From: Schmidtea nova
Lineage: Eukaryota
DNA: 64,000 nucleotides
Assembly (NCBI GenBank): GCA_044892505.1
Contig: CM097883.1
Location: 424,080,001-424,144,000 of the forward strand
Reading direction: 5' to 3'
This document shows positions 45,984 to 56,600 of the stretch, piece by piece; positions within the stretch are counted from its first letter, which is position 1, and each line of letters starts with the position of its first letter. The translations under genes were made by a program, and so were the position numbers. The notes under the pieces were generated by a model. It was not told where the DNA came from and made no database searches. It was given only the letters and a program-made list of their open reading frames with translations.

Positions 45984-46678
45984 TGTGAGACCGTGAGGCC
46001 CCACAACGACGACTCGGACTCCCTCGCCGCGTGAGCAGCATAGGAAGTATAACTATATGCATTAAAATATAAAAAAAGGAATATAAGATAACGTTTACAT
46101 ATAAGATTTTAATTAAACTAAAAATCATGGGTACATCATATAAGATAAAAAAATAAAAAAATTACTTCCGTACTTGAATATGTGGTTCCTTGTATGAAAT
46201 TCGGTTTTTCCAAAAAAAATTTACTCAAATCAAAGTTTAGTCTTGATCTTGAGTGAAAAGTAAAAGTCTCCGTCTGTGATTTTTGGATCGGTATTTATAC
46301 TGATCCGTCTGGTTGGATTGACCAATCAGGATCAGGCCGTCCATCAAAGTATTTTTATTATTTTAATCTAATCTAAACATTATTTTGTTTCCTTTTCCGG
46401 TTTCTCGCTGGGTGGTCCTGATTTTCCAAGTAATTAATTAATTATTTGTACTATTATTTTATTTAATTCTATTTTTTCTTATTTCAGGCCCCCTTTTGCG
46501 GTTGTTTACCGGTTTATTTTCAAAATTTCCTTTTACTGAAAATTTATCAATTATTATTTGTCGTTTTATTGTTATTTTTAATTTGTTTTTCTTGCTATTT
46601 TTATTTTTATTATTTCTTTATTGTTTCATGCTTTTGTTCGTTTTATTGTGTTTTTTAGGTGATTTGGCGGGCCCAACA
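45984..46678 (-). repeat. Candidate LTR (probably the 3' LTR of element 2)
   Basis: Starts TGTTGGG on the minus strand, as element 1 LTRs do, after a G-rich tract. A-rich U3-like stretch. CAATCCAACCAG...CAGTATAAA (TATA at 46300-46292) parallels CCAATCACCAG...CAGTATAAA in element 1. It ends ...CTCACA. The partner LTR is outside the window, so this is unverified. Confidence 0.45.
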
Positions 46679-46884
46679 TCACCCGGGGACCCCTAAAATT
46701 GCGTCCCGCAATTAATTATACATAAATACTTATATTCATCATCCATAAAAAGTTTTATAAAGTTATACATGCAAAGAAAAAAAAATCACATAAGGTGATC
46801 GAATTTATACATATCATAAAGTTTGTCACTAAATAGTCAAAATGTAATGATTTGTCACAATAGTTCGATAAGTTATCATAATGT

Positions 46885-47454
46885 TTATACAATTTGTTCG
46901 ATCGTCTGGCTCGCTTGGGGTTGAGTTCGGGTCCTCTCGTTGATCATTTGTAGCTCGTAGTGGGTTTGAATGTGGTTGAGATGGCTCCTTATTCGTCTTT
47001 GAGCTCGGTTATCTCGTCTGGAGGTTTGGTTGTAGATTTTCTGCTTTTGTTTTAGGATTTTTATTCTATACGAGGCAAGCAGGATTGTGATTGCGATGAT
47101 AGTTGTGCTGACTGCTAGGATTATGATGATTGCTATGATCCATTTCTCTTGGTATTCTATTTCAGCTTGGGATAGGCTTTTTATGGGTTCTCTACCTTCT
47201 TTCAGGATTTTTCGGGTTTCTTCTAGTTTCAGTTGTTGGTTATCGAAGATTTGTTGGATTTGATGATCTTGATTGTAGGGATATTTCTGTCGGAATTCGT
47301 TGATTTCTTTAATTACTTCTTCGATCAGGCTGTCTACTTTCTGGTAGATTTTGTCGGGTAGAACTCGTAATTGGGTTTCGGTTAGTTGTAGATCTTCTCT
47401 CTGTAGGGTAATGGTTGTTAACCATAGGAGTGTTGTTATTGCGAGCTTTCTCAT
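46885..47454 (-). CDS. Small type I membrane protein (accessory gene)
   Basis: Likely start MRKLAITTLLWLTTITL (signal-like), a helical ectodomain, TM WIIAIIIILAVSTTIIAITILLA, and a basic cytoplasmic tail. Confidence 0.65.
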   Translation of the reverse strand: MRKLAITTLLWLTTITLQREDLQLTETQLRVLPDKIYQKVDSLIEEVIKEINEFRQKYPYNQDHQIQQIFDNQQLKLEETRKILKEGREPIKSLSQAEIEYQEKWIIAIIIILAVSTTIIAITILLASYRIKILKQKQKIYNQTSRRDNRAQRRIRSHLNHIQTHYELQMINERTRTQPQASQTIEQIV

Positions 47455-47529
47455 CTCTTTTATACATTGGTCAATACAGCTTGACACTTTTTATTTTACA
47501 TAATTTATTTACACTTGGTTTTCGCACGT

Positions 47530-48591
47530 TTATACAAGGGTTTCGTTGGGTTCGTAAAAACCTTCGTCTTGAGGTTCCACCTGATTTATGGGGAGTGGCA
47601 TCCATATTACCGTGCTCCTCCACATTTCGACTTCTTCTCGGTATGTGTGGGATATCTGGATCTCTTCATCTAATAAGTATTCCAGATAGTTCGCCTGTTC
47701 TGTTAGGGTTTCAATTTGTTTTTCTAGTTCTGCCAATTTTTACTCTCTCTCTTCCTTCTCCATCATTTCGGTCACTGCTGCTGTGATACTTGTTTCTTTT
47801 ATTGGTGTTGGTTTTTCTGCCAACTTCTTTCTCAGTTCTTCGTTTTCTTTTGTCAAATTTGTTATGTTCTCTTCATAACTCTGCCTCGTTTCTTCCAGTC
47901 TTTCTTTAGTTCTTTTTAATTCTATTTTCTTCTGGGTGATCACTCCTTGATATCCATTTATGTCTCTTTTCATGTTTTCTTCCTTGTGATTCCACATTCC
48001 GGTCAGCATACCTTTTAATTGTTCTTGATTGGCTAAATCTTCTCCCATTCTTTGTACTTGATAAGTTAATTCTTTTATTTTCTTGGCTTGTTCTCTGATG
48101 AATTGTTGTCTTTTCTTACTCCATACTTTATTTGACGCTTCTTGACTGATCTTTTGCCCTAATTCCTCTTTTAATTCATCGATCTCTTTAAACAGTTTCC
48201 AATCATCGCTGTACGCTGTTCGTTCTATTATCTCCCTTGCTTCCTTGTAAGAGTCTTTTGCCTCTTTCTTCCAATATCTTGCTTGTTCTGTAATTGACTG
48301 TATCTTATGGTCGGTTTTTATCTGTTGTCTATCTCTATCCTCTCGTCGCTCTTTCATCATCTCTTTGTAGTATTCATTTTGTTGCCTTAGCAGTTTGTAG
48401 ACTTCTTCTATTTTTTCTCGACTTCTTTGATTCGTTTCCTCGGCTTCTCTTAGTGCTTGGGTTTGTCTTTCCAATTCCTCCTGTTTTCGATAATAGGCAT
48501 GAATCCATATCCCAATCCGCTCCATGTGATTTCTGATCATTTCGTCTTGATGTACTGTTACTTCTTGTAAGGTTACTTCTATATTTCCCAT
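47530..48591 (-). CDS. Long coiled-coil accessory protein; one in-frame TAA at 47742-47740
   Basis: Track ORFs 47740-48591 and 47530-47736 are in the same frame (...EKEERE*KLAELEKQ...). E/K/Q-rich heptads throughout. Confidence 0.6.
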
Positions 48592-48709
48592 TTCTATAAT
48601 TACAGATAAAACGAATATTTAATCATTTTTATTTTTATTTTTATTGTTTTTGATTATTTGTTAATTCATATTGTTTCTATACATTTTATTTACATGGTTA
48701 CTTCCTTCA

Positions 48710-50086
48710 TTACGCCAACCATCCTTTTTTTTCCGTTTTCTCATGCCTCTCCATCTCTATGTATAGCGTATCTGCATATAGTTGCTCCCATAGGTTTTCT
48801 TTCCTTATAAACATTGGTTCTCCTGCTGCTAGTTCGCATTCTGTCGTTGGTTTTTCGCTCGTACTCGAATGTTTGTCTGTTTCAAAGAACTTTTCTACTG
48901 GTTTTCCCATACTTTTGATTCTTATAATGACTCCTATTTTCAAGGGCCATTCTATTAGGTCATCGTATTCTCCTTTACATAGTGAGAAGAATATTGACAC
49001 GTGTGTTCCTTGTCCTCTTCCGTCTCCATTTGGGTATACTTTCAATCTTATTTTAACCCCGTTTTTCCATAAATAAAATGGTGGGCTTATTACTGTTGTT
49101 TTCGTCATATTTCTGGCTTCTGCTAGTTTGTCTCTGAAATCTGTTACCTTCCATAGGTAAGGTGCGATTGGTAAGTCCCTTCTTTCGTCAATTTCTCGTA
49201 TTAATTGATTATATTGTATTTTCATTCCTTTTCCTAATTCTTCTATGGCTATTATTTTCTTTTCCATTCTTTCGCGAGTTAGTTCAAACTGCTCTCTTGT
49301 TTCTAGTAGTAAACTCATCATTATCTTATGTGATTCTACTTCTTTTTCTAATTTCTGGATTGTCTGTTTCGTTTCTTTTGTCGTTTCGTTTATCATTTCC
49401 ACATGCGTTAGTGCTGCTTCTTCTAGGTGTTGTTTCATTGATTGCCGCGTCCGCTTTTCTTTGCATCCCTGTTTGTTATATGGACATTCTCTTGGTCTTT
49501 CGGTACATACTTTCAAATGTTCATGTAACTTTACTTCTTCTGTTATTTCGCAATTGTTTGGACATTTACTTACATATTGTCTGCATACTTTCTCCTCTGT
49601 TATATTCAAGTGTTCCTCTTCGATTTTTCTCCTTGTTTCTCGGACTTCACAATACTCGCATGCGATTTCTTCTTCTTTACATTCTTCCTTGTGTTGTTCT
49701 CTCTTCTTTAGAATTATTGTCTGTTGGCACTTCTCGCATTCGGTTCTTTTCTCCTCGCACTTTTCCATATGGTTTTCTAGATTACTTATTTGTCCTTGCC
49801 ATGTACAAGGTGTATTTACGCACTCCGTTGTGGTGCTCATAATTTCTCTTTGGGTTGCTTTGTCCGTTCTGGTTTCGTTCAACACTATTCTTCCTTCTTT
49901 ACATTCTGGGCATGTTGTTATTCCTATTACATCTAATTCTTGTATACACTTTGTACATATTCTGCATCCACATATCGTTTGTCTGGGTTCTCGTAATAAA
50001 TTGTTACACTTCCCGCATGTGAGTCTCTTGCTCCATTTTCTGTTTTCTAGTCTCAAAATTTCGATTATTCGTTCTTCTCTGTCCAT
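48710..50086 (-). CDS. TRAF-family protein (RING, TRAF zinc fingers, coiled coil, MATH domain), intronless
   Basis: RING CGKC...EPRQTICGCRICTKC...CPEC. TRAF fingers ECVNTPCTWQG...LENHMEKC and CPYNKQGC...HL. MATH YLWKVTDF...SPPFY...G.K.RLKVYPNGDG.G.GTHVSIFF...GEYDDLIEWP. Confidence 0.93.
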   Translation of the reverse strand: MDREERIIEILRLENRKWSKRLTCGKCNNLLREPRQTICGCRICTKCIQELDVIGITTCPECKEGRIVLNETRTDKATQREIMSTTTECVNTPCTWQGQISNLENHMEKCEEKRTECEKCQQTIILKKREQHKEECKEEEIACEYCEVRETRRKIEEEHLNITEEKVCRQYVSKCPNNCEITEEVKLHEHLKVCTERPRECPYNKQGCKEKRTRQSMKQHLEEAALTHVEMINETTKETKQTIQKLEKEVESHKIMMSLLLETREQFELTRERMEKKIIAIEELGKGMKIQYNQLIREIDERRDLPIAPYLWKVTDFRDKLAEARNMTKTTVISPPFYLWKNGVKIRLKVYPNGDGRGQGTHVSIFFSLCKGEYDDLIEWPLKIGVIIRIKSMGKPVEKFFETDKHSSTSEKPTTECELAAGEPMFIRKENLWEQLYADTLYIEMERHEKTEKKGWLA

Positions 50087-50179
50087 TTCCTACAATAATA
50101 TATACATTCGACTTGTCATTTATTTTTGGTTTTTTCTTGTTTTTATTTTTACATATTTACAATTTTCCGCTTTATTTAT

Positions 50180-50536
50180 CTATGGCTCATTCGTTGAATC
50201 TGGTTCCGCTTCGTTGTTTAATCTATTTATTACCCAACTCATCCATCCTTCTTCGGATCCTTCTCTTTCTCCTCGTGTTAAATGGTTTATTTCTATTGCT
50301 TGTCTTTGATTGATATTGCTTATATTTTGATTTTCTCTGGTGAGCTCGGTTATCACTCTTTGTTGTTCTTCTATTCTGTGTAATTTCTCGAAACAGTTGT
50401 TATAACTTTCTGATAATAACATTTGTCTTTCCGCTAATTGGTTCTGTAATGAGTTGACTGTTCGTACTAATAAATCACATTGTGCTTTCCATCTCATAGC
50501 CATAGTTATTTCAGTTGTTTCGTCCTGTTCGGTCAT
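50180..50536 (-). CDS. Short coiled-coil accessory protein
   Basis: 118-aa ORF with heptad pattern and the same composition as its neighbours. The ATG is preceded by ATTTAG|AAA. Confidence 0.55.
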   Translation of the reverse strand: MTEQDETTEITMAMRWKAQCDLLVRTVNSLQNQLAERQMLLSESYNNCFEKLHRIEEQQRVITELTRENQNISNINQRQAIEINHLTRGEREGSEEGWMSWVINRLNNEAEPDSTNEP

Positions 50537-50661
50537 TTTCTAAATTATATACATCATTTACTTTGTTTTTCTAGCTTTTTACAATTTTTATAATATCGAT
50601 ACCCATACTATTACGGTAATGCTTTGTTATTTACACTATTATTTACAGTCATAATCCGCCC

Positions 50662-53600
50662 CTATACCATCATTATCGTCTTTTCCTCGTATCGTTCTTC
50701 ATCTTCTATTTGTTTCCAGAATTCTTTACCTTTCGTTCTTCTTTGAAATTCTTTCTGTATCTCCTCTGGTATTTCTATTCCTAGTTTCATGATTTTGATA
50801 TCTGGCCATTGTATGGCTGTCGCTTTGTTTCTCTTTCTGTATCTCCAATATACTATTATGCTTGTCGTCAGTATTCCATATGCTATTAATATTCCTATAC
50901 TCATTAATCCTATTATTGTTTTTCCACTGTTTGTTTCTCTTTTATTCTGGTTCGCTTTTATCTCATTTTGGGTTTGAGCCTCTGGCTTCTTCTCTTTCTG
51001 TATTTGACTCTTAACTTTGTTCATTACTTCTTGTGTAGACCAATGGCGGTTTAGTAGTTGTTTGACGTTATTTTCTTTTGTTCGGTTTTCCATGTTTCCT
51101 GGTTCGATCTGTTGTTGTAGTTTCTCTGAGATCTGATATAATCCGCATTCTGGTTTTTCTGAACTTTTTCTGGTGAAGGTACATATCGCGTATGTCCTAT
51201 TTACTTTCATTTTCTTTAATTCGACTTTTTCTTTATTCTTTATTTCTTTACAGTGGGTTAGGTTGTCTTCTTCCCCTTCTGGGTTATGCTTTGTCCAACA
51301 TATTCCTTTAACTGTCTGATCGAGTCCTGTTAATGTCAGAGTTCTTTCTGTCTTTGTTAGTTCTTCTTCATCGAATTTCAGTATCTCTCCTTTTTGGAAT
51401 GTCTTGCAATGCTCTATTCCCTCTTGGATTCCTTTCTCCCAGATACATATACTTCCTTCTTCATTCATTTGTATTTCTTGTATTTCGATTTCCTTGTTTG
51501 TTCGTGATTCGTCGCTTGTCTGAACTTGGTATTCCTTCCTTGGTTCGTTGTATGTTCCCCAGCATAGTTTGTTGCTACTTGTTTTCCTTATTGTTATGGC
51601 CATTTGTTCTATTATTATTCCTTTATCGATACGTTTGGACATTGCTAGTATTAATGCTATGCATACGCACTCTTGTTGGGGTGATATTCTTTCTCTCGTT
51701 TTATTGGTGCTTTTCTCTCCTTCTCCTGGTTTATCCGTTGTGTTTCTTATCTGAGTTGCTGGTTGATCTATGGTGTTTTTGATTTCTTTCTTTGTTGGTT
51801 TTACTCTATACCATTCGAGTCCAGGCGTTTCATATTTTTGGCATACGACTGTCTTAGGTAGCCCCGCCTTCTTTTCCTTTCCTATTATGCATATTCGATG
51901 CATGATTCCTCTATACATCCCTTCTATTCGTACTACATCCTGGTCGGATTTTCTGATTATGCATTTTAGTGGGTTATCTTTCCCAATTGGTTCATCCTCT
52001 CTATTCCAGCATATTTTCCCGACTTCCTGGACATTTGTTACTTTTATCCCTGTCTGTGGGTTTATTGCTTCTTCCCTATTGATTAATGTCAATATTATTG
52101 TTAGACCCAACCATTTTGAACTCTGCGGTAGGCTTCTGGTTCGCCTTTCATATTTTTTCTCTTCGCCTTTAATCTCTTTTATTTCCTTGTCTTTGTTGTT
52201 TATTCCTAGTTTTCCGCTTTTCGCTTCTTTCTTATTTGGTTCTTCTCGTGCTTTTTCTTCTAGTATTTCTACTCCATGGCTTGTATTATCTATATTTAGC
52301 CATTGGGTTGTTGATTTTCTTGGGCTTATCTTGCGTAGCCATATAGCTGATAACGCGATTATTACTGGTATGGTTGCTGTTAATATTCCTAAGCCGATTA
52401 GTTCTTTAATTTCTTTATTCTCGTCTGTTTGTGTAGGTTCGCTTTGGTTGAACATTATTCCGTATTGTCCCTTTAGTTTTCTCATTAATTGTTCTCGTTC
52501 CTCTTGCTTTCTTTTGACTTCTTTGATAACTTCTTCGGGTGTCCATTTTGCTTGAGGGTCGGTTATTGTTTTTTCTGCGTCCATTTGTTCATTCGTTTGG
52601 CTTAGTTCCCTGAATTCGAGTTTCCTTGTTATTCCTTTTGATGTTGCGTTCGCTGGTGTATAGTAGGTTTCGCATCTTTCTTGTTGGTTTCCTAGTGCGT
52701 CCGTTTTTTCTATTGTACATACTTCGTACTCGCTATTAAATTGTAGTTTTTCGATCTTGATTTCTTTATTTGTTTTTCTGCACTCTCTTGATTGTCTTCT
52801 TATATATTTCTGGACTATTATCCAACATATCTCCAATGTTTTATTCTCTATTTTCCATAATGTCAGAGTTGCTGATGTCTTTTTCTCGGATTTTGTCGTA
52901 ACTTCTTGGCTTATCGGTTGTTTATTGTTTTTAAAGGTAGTGGTGTACTTCGGTTTCCCTTTGTTTCGTTGTCTTCTTTTATTTTTTCGTGTTAACGTTT
53001 TAGTTCTTGTTCCGGATGAAGTGGTGTATATTCCGCATTCTAGGTCGTTTATCGTTATCTGATCATTTTTCTTTACCAGACATATTTCGTAGGTTTGTTT
53101 ACTTTCTAGACCTTTTATTTGTATCGTTGTTGCTCCTGTGCTTGTTTGACATTGTGGTGTCGTTCTTTTATTTGTTTCCTTTTCGTACTTCCTCCAGCAT
53201 ACTCCTTTCACATTTGGTTCTATCTCTTTTATTTCTAATGTTATGTTCATTTTCCGCTTGATTTGTTTATTTCTCTTCCTCGTTCTCCTTCTGAACTTTA
53301 TTACTTCTCCGGGTTGAAATGTTTTACATTTTGTGGTACCTTTCTTGTTTGTCTCTTTTTCTAATAGGCATAGTTTGTACATCTTATCTGCTTTTACTTC
53401 GGATACTTTAATTACTTTGTTTGTTGTTGGTTTTCGACTTTTCCTTATTTCATTTACGCCGATTTCCTCGTTATTCCTCGCCCAACATTTTATGTTAGTA
53501 TTCTGTGTATCTTCTACTTCTGTTATTGTCATAGTTTCAATTTCTATTCCTTCCTCTAATCGTTTTATTATTATTAGTATGAGTGCTAAGCATAATACTT

Positions 53601-56600
53601 CCATTTGGTAAGACACTCTTTCAGTTTCGTTTGTGGCAACTCTTGCTTCGGGCCTCTTTATTGTAATTCGTATAGTTGGTGTTGTTTGCTTATCTATTAC
53701 CTGGGGATTTTTGTTTTCTGTTCCCTGTGTCTCTGTTCTTCCACATTTTCCGAGGATGTAATCTCCTTTGGGTGACTGTTGTATTGTCATGGCTGCTTTA
53801 GGTGTTTGGTATTTTGCACATGCGATTGTGTTGTGTGATCTTGGATGCTTTTGTTTTCTAACGGTGCATATTTTGTACCAGGTATCTAGATCTAAGTCAT
53901 TGATCTCTATGATCTCTTGCTCGTGTTTTGAGATTCTGCAATCCATCGGGCTATTTTGTTCCGTGGTTTTGTCCTTTTTCGACCAACATACTCGTTCGAT
54001 TCCTTTTGCGTTTTTTATTTGTATTATTGCCCTTTCTTCACATGTCATTCCCTGACTTGGATTAATTAACGTTATAATCATTGTTAGTAATAGTAATTCT
54101 GGTTTGAAGAATGGTTTTATGGTTGATTTATAACCTGTTCTTTGGGTGTCTCCTTGGTCGTTTGTTCCTTGTTCTCTCTCTTCATCTCTTTGTTTTTCAT
54201 CTTCACCTTTCTTTCCTTCCTTGTCTCGTTTCTTGTCTTTTCTCTCGTTTTCCTCTTTATCGGGTGGTTCGTGATCGCTTGAATTTTCTGAGTTGTTACC
54301 GTCGTCACTATCTGTGTTGTCATCTCCCCCTGGCTCGTCGAAAATGTTGTCCTCGACATTGATTTCTTCTATTAGTTTCGCATACGCTAATGTCGTTAGA
54401 TTACTTGCCTCAAATTCTTGTGTTTCTACCTGCTCCGGTATTACTTTGTTAGTGGATTTATGTTCCAAGATTTCCTTTTTGGCCTTGATCCAATTGTTGA
54501 TGTATGTCTTCATCAATTCTTTCCATTTGCCTGTGTATTTTTCCTCTTTCGGGCTGGTTGTGATTTTTAGATCTTTTCTTTCCATAAACATCTTCAATAT
54601 CTCTGGCCATTTATACGTTATTAAGGCACTTCTTATGCACCAGTTTTGGTTATGTTCGGTAAACTTATTGATCCTGAATGCTGGTTCGTTAGTATTAGGA
54701 TTTATCCACGTAAGTATTGATTCTGTTAGTTCGACGTTGTTCATCATTGCTAGTACACTGGGTTTCTTGACCGTATCAGTTAGGTGATCTATTTCTTCCT
54801 GATTTGGGACGGTTTTAATGAAATTGACCATTTCCCAATTGTGTGTTAATAATGCTACATCCAATATCGAATTATCTTTATCTGTCTTTCCTGTAAGTCC
54901 TGCACCTGCTTTGTATAGTTCTTCTAATACCTTTGTTTTCGTTTTGGCCCTTGCTGCAAATACCATAAGTGTATCTCCTTTCTCGTCTATCATATTCATA
55001 TTGCTTCCGCAATTTAGCATTACTCTTGCAATTTCCATTACTTTCCTATCTTTGCCATTTCGTAGAGCTCTATGTATGGGCATTATTCCGTCTTTTGGTA
55101 ATAGGAATGTTACTGGCATCTCCTTTTTTATTATTACTATGTCGTTACCATTGTATGTTCCTTTTGCGTATGCGTGTACTTTTTCAACTAATGCGCCGAG
55201 TATTTCCAGTGCATGTTTACTATTCTCGAATTCCGGTAACAATTCTTTTGCTTTTTCTTGTATCGCATCTAGTCTAGCTTGGTATGGTGCTTCTGCTTTG
55301 AAGAGTGGTGTGAGTTTCTTGTTACTTTCTCTTTCTTTTTTCTCTAAAACCTGTTTGCATTTTTCGGGATGGTTTAAGATTTTTACTAATTCCTCATATT
55401 CGCTTACTATCGTCTGGTATTTCTCGTTAAAATTGTTTATATCTTTGTATGTTATTAGTTTATCAAGTGGTTTCGCACACCATTTCCTAATCTTATTGAA
55501 TAAGGCTTCCTTCTCTTTATCGAATTTGTATTCTTCTTCATTCTTTGTGATGTTTATGTTTCCTCTGTCTAATAAGGTTAGTAATGTCTTCTGATCACAA
55601 GTAAATTTCAAAAGGTATCTTAACAGTGCGTTTTGTCCTTCGCTGTATACTTCGTTTATGTCTAAGACCCATGTATCATCTTCTGGTCGTTTCCATTTGA
55701 TTAACTTACGGATCGTGTTGCATTTACCAATTTTGATTGCCTCTTCGATAATGTCTCCTTTAACTAGTTCGTCTATCTCCCAAGTGGAGTTAGCTATTAT
55801 GTATTTCAGCATTGGTTGGTGAGAACTCCATATTACGTGATTTAGCACTGTTTTGTCCTCTCTATCTCGTTCTGTCCAACTGAAATGAGCTTTTATCAAT
55901 AGGTCTATCATTTCTTTATCTGCTTGGTGGATTGCGGCTGTCATTAATGGAGTTTCTTGTTCCCGATTCCCTACGTCCAAGTTTTGGTTTGTTTCTTTTG
56001 CGATTTTTAGGAATTCTTTTGCTCTTTCAATGTTTTTACACTCTATCGCATTATGTAAGGCTGGTTGTCCTCCTACATCTTTCAATAAGAGTATTTCAGG
56101 GATTTTTTCCAATAATTCAGAAATAATTGGTTCGGTTGGTAATCCTTGTGCGTAACGGCTAATTATATGTCTAATATCCCTTGATATGCCTGCTTCGTCT
56201 CTAACATGCCATCTTCCCATTATCTCTCTCGCCTTCAATATGATTTCTTTATTTCTGATTTCCTTTTGCCTTATTTCTGCTTTGTCGTCTTTAGTTGCGT
56301 TAGTTCTGAGCATATTTATCCTGGCTGTTTGTGATCTAGTTATTATTCGATTTTCTGGTGTTGTAGTTATCGTTTTAGGCACCTTCTTACATCTGCAGGT
56401 GTTTACGTATATGGGTCGTATTAACGGTCGATTTATTAGCTTAACTTTGACATTGTTGTCCTTTTTGTATATAATTTCATAAGGTCCTCTTCCAGGTCTT
56501 TGGAGTTTCTTAACAGTTCCGGGTATTATTTCGGGAGTTTCTATTATCACCCAATCTCCTGGTTTTAGATCGTTCGCTTTAACATTTTTCTTCTGGTCGT

